DNA of 64,000 nucleotides from a phage. Location of the stretch: sequence record PZ171033.1; one strand, given 5' to 3'. The translations under genes and the position numbers were made by a program. The notes below the pieces were generated by a model. That model worked only from the letters and a program-made list of their open reading frames with translations, had not been told where the DNA came from and made no database searches. The number at the start of each line of letters is the position of its first letter. Position 1 is the stretch's first letter. Positions 19,244-28,400 of this stretch are shown here, in pieces.

Positions 19244-19313
19244 GTCGGGGTAGCACGTAGGCATGTGCGGATGGTCGCTACTTCCCTCGCTGGTTCGAAT
19301 CCAGCCCCCGACT
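19244..19313 (+). tRNA. tRNA-like element (non-canonical anticodon arm)
   Basis: 7/7 acceptor stem GTCGGGG/CCCCGAC, D arm GCAC/GTGC, T arm GCTGG-TTCGAAT-CCAGC; anticodon arm does not pair canonically by hand. Confidence 0.35.
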
Positions 19314-19864
19314 TACTGACATCCTATCAATGAGTACATTAGGCTAACGTGCGGAGGTTTACACTGTAGCCGGTGTAGGTGGAGAAGACGGCAGGGTAGC
19401 TACCTGTGCTTAGTGTACTCTTTGATAGTTTTCGTAAGCGATTATGCGGTTTTTTAGAAACGAACCAATAACATAAATGCAAACGATGATGTTGTTCTGA
19501 TGGCGGCGTAATAGCCTGTAAGTCAGCAAGGTCTTCCGACTCCTTGTAAGCAAATTCGGCGCAGTGGCCCGCTGTGATTAATAATGGGCACACAACAGGT
19601 AAGAGCATTTAGGCTACTGAGAAATCATCCGAGGCAATCAGACCTATCTTCTGTTAAGTGCTCTTTCCGTTGTGGTGAATGCGCAGGCTGATGCGCAGTG
19701 GGACGTGGCTGACTCACGAGGATGGCTCAAGCGAATAAGCAAGCTCGACGCCGCCGAATAAGCGCCTTATGCCGGAGATCAGCACCGGCCACCACAACAA
19801 GTCCAGACGATATCTGAGTGACTATAAAAACAGATGGAGCCAGGTGGAATCCCTGGCAACTAAT

Positions 19865-19930
19865 TCCGGTGTAGGTACTAGTGTCGTGCACGGCATGAGC
19901 ATTCTGGTTCGAGTCCAGACGCCGGAACCA
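19865..19930 (+). ncRNA. short tRNA-like element with encoded CCA
   Basis: Acceptor TCCGGTG/CGCCGGA, T arm TCTGG-TTCGAGT-CCAGA, 3' ACCA; only 31 nt between acceptor and T stem. Confidence 0.3.
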
Positions 19931-19932
19931 AT

Positions 19933-20056
19933 TATCAGTTGCACGAGATGGCTTGACATGTTCAAGTTTGGACTAAGTGTGACACCGCTAGATTGGAGGG
20001 CTGCTGCGGTAAGCTATAGACTCCAACCGGAGGTTCGAATCCTTCACTGATAACCA
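19933..20056 (+). ncRNA. 124-nt tRNA-like RNA with encoded CCA
   Basis: T arm GGAGG-TTCGAAT-CCTTC, 3' ACTGATA-A-CCA; only complementary 5' strand TATCAGT is 122 nt upstream. Confidence 0.25.
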
Positions 20057-20414
20057 ATTCAAAGTAGCATTGCACTAACCCATCCCGGAGTTCAAAGGCC
20101 AAACATGGAGCAGTGCTACTCTGAATTAGAAGAATTATGGTGGGTCTGGTGAAGTAGATAGGGTTCGATTCCCTCCGGTAGAGTAATCTACTAGCGTGCT
20201 TGGTGCACGAATAAGACTTAATACTGGTGGTTCAATTCCATCCCCCACTGCCTATTTGAGGTGTAACAGTTAAATCCAGTTGCCGGAAGTGCTATTCTAG
20301 ATACGCTGCCAATGTGTGAACGGTAAGGCTGTACAGGACTCGGACTCCCACCTCAAACCAAAGTCGCCAGATACTTATGGCAAACGGGTAGTAACGAACT
20401 AGTCATTCGTCAAA

Positions 20415-20432
20415 CGCCCACCCTATTATGAG
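20415..20432 (+). promoter_or_regulatory. promoter-like motif copy 2 (CACCCTATTATG)
   Basis: Near-identical to copy 3. Confidence 0.3.
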
Positions 20433-20610
20433 TCAGCAAGAACGCCTTCATTTAAACTTAAACAAAAAAGCTTAACGCAATAATTATGTAGGGGTATGTA
20501 AGGATTGCGAAGAAGGAGCCAGTTAAAGTCTGGCATGACTCACCTAATTGAGGCTGTACTTATGTTCTACAGTAGGTGCACAACACTGGGCTGCTACACC
20601 CAGAGGTACA

Positions 20611-20628
20611 GCCTCACCCTATTATGGG
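20611..20628 (+). promoter_or_regulatory. promoter-like motif copy 3 (CACCCTATTATG)
   Basis: Near-identical to copy 2. Confidence 0.3.
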
Positions 20629-20693
20629 TAGCCTATACTAGTTATAGGGCAGATAATCTGTGGCAGTGTAAGGCTGCACTACCCTTTCATTAA

Positions 20694-20769
20694 TACCCGG
20701 TAGGCTTAGTGGTAAAGCCCCACTAGTAAACCAACTAGGACGCAGGTTCGAATCCTGTCCGGGTAGCCA
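20694..20769 (+). tRNA. tRNA-like gene with encoded CCA (6-nt anticodon loop)
   Basis: Acceptor TACCCGG/CCGGGTA, D arm GGCT/AGCC, T arm GCAGG-TTCGAAT-CCTGT, discriminator G + CCA; anticodon stem CTAGT/ACTAG with 6-nt loop. Confidence 0.4.
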
Positions 20770-20774
20770 TTTAT

Positions 20775-20859
20775 GCCCACTTAGCTCAGTGGTAGAGCGC
20801 AGGAAAGCTTCGAGAGAACAAGGTGTCTGTGGTCACTGGTTCAAATCCAGTAGTGGGTA
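20775..20859 (+). tRNA. tRNA-like gene, 85 nt, no pairable anticodon arm
   Basis: Acceptor GCCCACT/AGTGGGT, canonical D arm TAGCTCAGTGGTAGAGC, T arm ACTGG-TTCAAAT-CCAGT; 36 nt between D and T arms with no 5-bp/7-nt stem-loop. Confidence 0.4.
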
Positions 20860-21174
20860 CTTATTTGCTGCAATATTCCCATAGGGAATGGTGTCGTATA
20901 CGCCACCTAGTTTCTGGTGAAACTCCAGATGCAGCAATCCATTCAGCAGTAACATAGTCCTGATTGCATTGCACTCTAAAGACAACACTGGTAAGACAGT
21001 CCAGTGGCTGCTATTGTATTGTTATTCCCCTCGACGGGAATTTCGCTAGTGAAGGTAACACTTAAAAATCCAAACCCACGTCTTACTGCTATCGGGCTAT
21101 CAACCCACAGTCGCTTAACACACTAGTGGTAGTAGTTTGACGACCTAGCCTCGTTAGCTGCGTTAAAGCTACTA

Positions 21175-21210
21175 AGTCCCCTAGAGGGGCGGCTCTAGGG
21201 GACTTTTTTA
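21175..21210 (+). terminator. strong intrinsic terminator
   Basis: 12-bp stem AGTCCCCTAGAG/CTCTAGGGGACT then T6. Confidence 0.7.
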
Positions 21211-21238
21211 TTTGAGTATTAATAGCCGGATAATCAAT

Positions 21239-21397
21239 ATGATTGACCTAATCTCAACCCCGTATGCCTATGAGGTAACGGACAACCGAGGGCATAAGTA
21301 CTTGGTATTTGCAGGTAGCGTAGCCTATAACAACGCAGTCATGTTTAAGTACAAACTCAAACCACTCTATGAGGCTAATAATGGCAACAGTAAGTAA
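21239..21397 (+). CDS. hypothetical protein
   Basis: Short ORF, start taken at ATG 21239. Confidence 0.4.
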   Translation: MIDLISTPYAYEVTDNRGHKYLVFAGSVAYNNAVMFKYKLKPLYEANNGNSK

Positions 21398-21761
21398 AGA
21401 AGCAATCGAAGCTAAGATTAAGAGCGTCTACTATTTCAATGGAGCGGATGCAGTGAAGTCTGCATTCGTTGACCCATCTGCACTACCGGCAGATGATTTG
21501 GCTAACCTGGGTCTGGTAACCTATTGTGTAATCATTCTGGAAAACAACTTTAAAGTTGAAGGTGTATCTGCTTGCGTAGACCCAACTATCTATGATGAAC
21601 AGAAGGGTCGTCAATATGCATATGAAAATGCATTCAATAAGATTTGGGAATTAGAGGGTTACCTACTACGTCAGGCACTGCACGAGAAAGAAGAGACTGC
21701 TAAAGCTCTGGCTTCCTTTGCAGAAAACAATACCTGTGATGGTGGTGGTTGTACAATCTGA
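21381..21761 (+). CDS. hypothetical protein
   Basis: ATG 21381 with GAGG upstream. Confidence 0.5.
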   Translation: MATVSKEAIEAKIKSVYYFNGADAVKSAFVDPSALPADDLANLGLVTYCVIILENNFKVEGVSACVDPTIYDEQKGRQYAYENAFNKIWELEGYLLRQALHEKEETAKALASFAENNTCDGGGCTI

Positions 21762-21843
21762 TCCAAAGGTGTAAGGTAGTTTTTACCGAAAGGTACTGAA
21801 CTACCCGACAAAGTAGTAAGGCTCTAGAAGCCGAAACAAAACA

Positions 21844-21866
21844 AGCCCTCCTAGCGAGGGCTTTAT
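21844..21866 (+). terminator. terminator-like hairpin
   Basis: AGCCCTC-CTAGC-GAGGGCT then TTTAT. Confidence 0.45.
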
Positions 21867-21880
21867 CATTTGAGGTAGTT

Positions 21881-22372
21881 ATGTCAGAAGAAATTAAAGT
21901 CCATTTCACCAACTACATTGGAACCAAGTGTGTAAATGGATTCCGGATGAACAAGGAAACATATTGCAAACTCCGTGGCTGGGATGTGCCTGCTAATGAA
22001 GACCCATTAGAAGTAGGTTACTTAGTAGAATACCCAGATTCTAAACCTAACCATGAACAATTCCGTGGTTATATTAGCTGGTCACCAAGGGCTGCATTTG
22101 AAGCTGCATATTGTGATGTAGATAAGGGTTGTACTTTTGGTCACGCAGTAGAACTTATAAAACTGGGTCACAGACTGACCCGTAAAGGCTGGAACGGTAA
22201 GGGAATGTATATTACCCTAGTATCTGGTGAAAATTGGGCTATGGATAAACATGAGAATACCGTATGTGAGAAACGGGATTGGTTGGGCATCAAAACTGTT
22301 GATGACCAGTTTATGCCTTGGGTTCCTTCCCAATCGGATGTATTAGCTGAAGATTGGGTATTAGCTCAGTAA
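21881..22372 (+). CDS. DUF2829-domain protein (Tad2-like candidate)
   Basis: C-terminal FGHAVELIKLGHRLTRKGWNGKGMYITL ... SDVLAEDWVL matches DUF2829 signature from memory; RBS GAGGTAG. Confidence 0.5.
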   Translation: MSEEIKVHFTNYIGTKCVNGFRMNKETYCKLRGWDVPANEDPLEVGYLVEYPDSKPNHEQFRGYISWSPRAAFEAAYCDVDKGCTFGHAVELIKLGHRLTRKGWNGKGMYITLVSGENWAMDKHENTVCEKRDWLGIKTVDDQFMPWVPSQSDVLAEDWVLAQ

Positions 22373-22377
22373 GAATT

Positions 22378-22406
22378 AAAGCCCCTCATTTGAGGGGCTT
22401 TTTTAT
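22378..22406. terminator. bidirectional intrinsic terminator
   Basis: GCCCCTC-ATTT-GAGGGGC flanked by A and T tracts; lies between convergent genes. Confidence 0.65.
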
Positions 22407-22407
22407 T

Positions 22408-25400
22408 TTAGTTTATCAGGTTCATCCAAGGGTTCAGGTTGTGAGCACGTAAGCCTTGACCGAAACCGAAGGAGTAACCAAGATTGCCCTGTGCAGCAAT
22501 ACTAAAGATGTTGTCCTGAATAGGCAGGCCAACGTTACCAAACATGGTAGGGGTTGGGGCCAACATAGCCATAGCAGCATGAACTGGGTTATTACGAATC
22601 ATGGACACTGCAACTTTTGCAGAACGAATCTTAAAGTTGTAGAACCACATCAGACCAACACTTTCCATATACCCACGGAAACGACCTGGCAGACGATCAT
22701 AGTTAATAAACTCTTCCGTTACACGTCCTAGTGCTTCTTCGCGAGTCTTACCTTTACGCTGAGTTAATTCATCATAGATGATTGCTTTAGCAATAAAGTC
22801 AGAGTACTCAACCGTCTTCTGGATACCCTGGAACAAAGCAGTATCCTTAGTGATAAGTGCATAACGACCAGCATTACGTACAGACTTAGGCAGCTTATCA
22901 GCCAACTTATCCATGTACTCGTGAAGTTTACCTTCAGTAATCAGGATGTCGTCACGACCAATACCAGCGTCTGCAATTGAAGAGAACTCACCTGCTTCTA
23001 ACAGGGGCCAGATACTCAAACGCTTATGACTATCAGAGATGGACTGAATCTCAGCCTTAAGTTTACGAATCTGGTTCGGGTTAGTAGCTGCACGTAATTC
23101 TGCTTCTGCATCTACCTGACGCAGACGAGATTTCAGATACTGGTTAATCTCAGCAGTTTTCTGTGGAATGCTCTTAGCAATGTTCTTAACAGGTACACCA
23201 CGAGCAACCATCTGGTAAAGGTTAGCCAGGAAGTTAACAGCAGGTACGACTACTGACTTAACTACAATCAGGGTCTTAGCTTCTTTAACTAAATTCTGAA
23301 CCAGGTTCTCACCACCCATTACGTATTTATAGGCACGGTTACCGAAGACACCCAACATAGCTTTCTTGAAGGTATCCAGTGTTTCTTGGGACCAACGAGA
23401 GTTACCAGACCAGGCATCACCAACAGAAGCTGCACGATAGCCGAGAGCATCATTGAGCATGTCACGACGTACCCACAGCTCACCAGGACCAAACAGACTT
23501 TCTGCTTTCTGACGTGTTTCACTATTCATCAGCTTAAGTGCATCGGCAGTTACTGGGTCCAGTTTAGAACCAAGAAGGTTAACGTACTGGGACTTATTAG
23601 AAGCAGACATCTTAATGTCGTTCTCATACATGCTATGCAGGTTCTCAATTAGCATATCGTTGAAACGCTGAGCCTTAGCCTCTTCTACCTGACGACCACG
23701 CCATACACCGATTGCACGAGCAAGATGGTTCTCACCCTCAATGTGCTTCAGCATGTTAGGGTCAATGGATTGCTCATAAGCAACCACATTACCATTGGCA
23801 TCATATACAGGCAGAAGTGGTTCATTACCACGTTCACCACGAGCCAGTGCTTTAGTGATACGATCTACAGAAGGCTTGTCAGTAATACGACCAGCTACCA
23901 TGGTTCCCATAGTAAAGCCTGTACCAAGGTCCACACCACCAGCAGTATTGCGAACGTTCTGTAAGATACCCTGTGAGAATGGGGCCTGTGCCTGTACTGG
24001 TGCGAAGTAGTAGCTACGAGCAGGACCACGATTAGCAGAGCTACCCTGATATGTACCCAGTCGTACATAGGATTTCTCAATCAAATCAGCAAACTGACTA
24101 TCTTCAGCAACAATCAGATTAACACCCTGTTTAGTCTCACTAGGGATATGCCCTTTGTACTGGTTCAGGGTTGCACGCATATCAGATTTGGCTTTAGCCA
24201 TTTCATCTTTACGCTGACCAACCAGGTAAGAGGTGGCAAAGTCCATCCCATCAACTTCTGTCTGAGCCAGTGAAGATAACATCTCACGGTCGGACTTGTT
24301 CATTGCTTCCAGTGCATACAGGGTAATCAGTTTATCCAGTTGAGCTACATCTACAGTAGAGCGTGCAGCCTGACGTTCACCCAGCATACGGGAGATTGCA
24401 GTAGCATTACGCAGCAGGTTTTTACCGACAGTACCATTAATCATGTACTGAGCCAGTTGCTTAGATTTACGGTTAATCAGAGGCCAGTTACGACCAGCTT
24501 GTTTCTGCAAATCTGCTTCCAGCTTATTCACTTCACGGTCAACAATCTTCTGGTCAGTCAGTAAGTCACGGATTTCAGCCAGTGACATAGTGTCACGCAG
24601 GACAGCTAAATCTGTTTTACCCATACCAGTATGCATTACTTTCCACTCATCATTAGTCAGCTTACGGCTGAACTTAGATGCGATAGTAGTAGGCAGATGT
24701 TCACGGAACTGCTGACGGTCTGCCTGCACCTGTGCACGTACTGCTTTAATCAAATCGTATACAGAAGCATTGCTCTTAGTACGACCGGTTAAGTCATTAA
24801 CCAGGTCATGGAAAGGTTGCCATACCTTACCCTGGTTCATTGCAGCCATAACACCTTCAGCTACGATTGCACCATTCTTCTCTGTAGCAATAGCAGCTAC
24901 CAGTTGTGCAGCATGAGCAGCACCTTTAACCAATGGATTATTGGTATTGGCTGCAACTTCACGAGCACCTTCCAAAGCACGGGTAGATAGTACATCAATA
25001 GAATCCACCAGATACTGGTTAGCACGGTCAATAGCATTACCAGTAGGAGTAGCAACGGAATCATAGAAGGATTCTGCATTAAGACTGGTCTGCATAATCG
25101 TCTGAGCCAGTGCATCCATACCTTCCTGTACGTTAGTAGCTTTAGTATCACCTGCTACACGAGCATTCAGACTAGCCATTGCAGCAGTACCAATGTTAGT
25201 CAGCATTGCATCAACGGTATTACCTGATTTCTTATCTGCTTTCATGACAGGAATGTCAGCCAGTACTTTACGTACTTCTTCACTTACCATTGCCAGACCA
25301 ACAAAGGTAGGCAGTAAAGAAGATCGACCTTGTGCATCAAACTCAATGTTGTTAGCACCCATGATGGTATCGAACTTCTGCTGTGCATAATAACGATCAG

Positions 25401-28400
25401 CAGGGTTAGTACTATCTGGGTCAGCCATAAATGCTTCGACGGTCAGATTCTTAGTAACATGCGTGTAGTATTCCTGTGCACGAGCCATAGCAGCAGGGTT
25501 AACAGCAGCCTCGGTAGCCAGTGCAGCAACAATATTGGTAAAGAGACGCTGTTCCTGCATATTCATGGTGAAGCCATGAGCCTGAACATCACGAGTTACT
25601 TTAGTTGCATTTACTACTGCATCAGAGAACTTACCTTTGCGAATTACTTGCTGTACTGGTTCTGAACCAATGTAGTTAGTAATTAGCTTATCAAAGGTTT
25701 TCCCTAGCTCTTCCAGACGAGTATTTTCACCATACGCTTTGTTATGGAACAGAGTAGTATCTTTGGCTACAGCAGCAGTAGGAGCTTGCCCACGCATTAC
25801 TACAGCAGAGTTAAACAGTAAGCCAGAGAACATATCTTCTGCATTAGCAGGAGCTTTCTTACGTCCAAATACCAGACGTTTGATTGCTTCATATACAGCC
25901 TGAACCATAGTTTTAAGTGCAGTGGTTTTCTTCTGCTTACTAATCAGTTCTCGGTTGGTTAAACCCCAAGCCATGTACTCGTTCAGTGCAGCAGCTTTAG
26001 CCATTGCTGGTTCAATAAAGCCATTGGATAGGTGACCATTAATGGTATTCAGTGCATCAGCATATGCTTCTCGTACTGCCGGAGATTCATCCCTAACATC
26101 CAGAGCACGGAACTGATTCATCAGGTCTTCGATGTTCTGGACTGCTTCATTAGGAGTGCCTTCATAGTGAGCCAGTACAGATTCAAAAGTAGAAGCATGT
26201 ACCAATTCATGAACCAGAGTCTCTAAGGAAGGGGTAACTAAGTAGATGGTTTTATCTTCAAAGTTAGTCCAGCCGTATGCATTACCAGCTTCAGCAGCTT
26301 CAATATCTTCCGGTGCTGGGCGAGTAATGTTCTTCTCAATAGCATAGGCATCCAATTGAGCAGGTGTACCGTAAACAACTTTATAGTCTTTAGCAGCAAG
26401 GGATTTCTGTATTTCTTTCAATACTTCTTGCTGTTCAGGAGACATCTCTTTAGCCAGTTTAGTAATGGCAGTGTTAGACAGCAGACGTACACCAGACTTC
26501 AGTACACGACCAACCTGTTCCATCGCCGGTACTTCTTCCACTGGTTCTGCTTTAGTAGCACGTACTGCTTCACGACGCTTATTTAATTCAGCATCAAACA
26601 GTTCGTTCAGCTTAGCTACTTGCTGGTCTACAGTAAGACCTTCCAGAGAGATTTTACCGTTGTTCACATAAGGAGCACCTACGGCAGCCATCTGGTCAAC
26701 AGTGACTTGTACCTGGTCCATTACCTTGTGACGAATATCTACACCCAGAGCAATGTTACGCAGGTTACGTTCAATCTGCTCAGCACCGACACGTAACAGG
26801 TCATCAGTAGCACCCTCACGTTGGTCATACTCCAGAGCAGACTTAGCGATAGCCTGTTTGGTTTCATCAGACAGTTTACTGAAGTCTACGTTCTTCATGA
26901 ACTTAGCGTAGGAGTCATAAACATTCTTGATAGGGTTACCCTGCCAGGAAGTATATACAGCCTCATTAGCTTTGCGACTTGCATCAGTGATGTCATTGAT
27001 ACCAATGTTCATACCATCAAAGATTTTCAGGGTATTCTTCGGAGCACCTTTCATAGTAGAAAGTGTCTGCATCATCATGCCATCACCAGTACCGATGGTC
27101 ATAAATGGAATACCTGCAACACCTGCCTGTGAAGGAGCATAAATGCTCATTGGCACACGCATACGGTCATCTAAGTTAGTAGCCAGTACTTGGTTAGCAA
27201 CATCAGTATTCTCACTACCAGCAATGTAGAAAGTCTGTGAACCAGTCTCAATCATTGGAGCCAGTGAAGATAATGATTCCTGGATTTCATTCAGTTCTTT
27301 CTGCGTTAAGAAATCACCTTTCTTCCAGGTTGGGTCTTTTTCTTTTTCTGCCAGCTTAGCCTGTACTGCTTGCTGGAACATATCCTGCAATACCAGAGAT
27401 TGAATCTGGGTAGCCTTCTGCAAGTTCTCGGTAGAGTGCATCAGACCTTCACCAACAGTATTACGGATACCAGTACGCATTGGTTCAACGAACAGGTGGA
27501 GCATGTTCTCTTGTAAGTTCTTCAGGGCATTACCGGATACGGTAAATTTCTGGGGGTCTAACTTACCAGTCAGAGCACCATCTACTTGCTGAATAGACAA
27601 CTCACCTTTACGCATAACTGGAACATTACCAGTCAGTGCTTCCATAGAAGTAAGGAAAGTATCCAACATAGCCTGAGCATCAGCTTCAGACGCAGCCTCC
27701 TTACCAAACATTGCCATAGCTGGGGAAATGCTAGGGTCAGCAGCTCGTGCTTGCAGAACGTCACTGAAGCGTTCGTAGATGGTATCAGTAATTGCACTGA
27801 CCATCTTGCCAGCAATACCACGAGCACCAGAACCATAGATGGTAATGGTCAGTGGGTTTTTAGCAATACCACGTTTCAGGTCCAGAGTACCGTCTTCATT
27901 CAGGTTAAAGTCTTTAATGAACAAGTCCATTAACTTCTGGAGATGATTCATCTGGCTCATAACTGGAACGTTGTTACGGTAAGTAGTACGTAACTCATTC
28001 AGTGCTTGTTGAAGACCATTGGTAGATGCTTCATACAAGTCAACATTATCGTCGATAGAACAATGTTCGTTCATCGTTTTACCAGCACGACCAAAGAACA
28101 AACCACCTTTGGCAGTGTTCTTAATCCAGTCTGGAGTGAACTTACCACCAGTCATTAATACCATTGCGTTGATTGGGCCGTTGGTTACACCATCAGCTTC
28201 AACGTACAGTGGAGTAGTAAAATTAGCACGGTCATCACTGTTCAGGTAACGGGCATATTCCATCAGAGCCATGAGAGCTACGAAGGATTTATCACTACCC
28301 AGAGAGGTCTTCAGGATGTCTACTGCATCTGTCGGTAAGTGACCAGACTTATCAAACTCAACCATCATATCAACAGCAGGTTTCAGTTTACCTTCCAGAG

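Noticed and set aside
20159-20253. Two further T-loop-like motifs (TAGGG-TTCGATT-CCCT and GGTGG-TTCAATT-CCATC)
   Set aside because: No acceptor partner within tRNA distance; left as unresolved rather than called
18536-20693. Small ORFs (60-93 aa) in the non-coding RNA region
   Set aside because: They overlap tRNA-like elements and hairpins, lack RBS, and the region is better explained as RNA/regulatory
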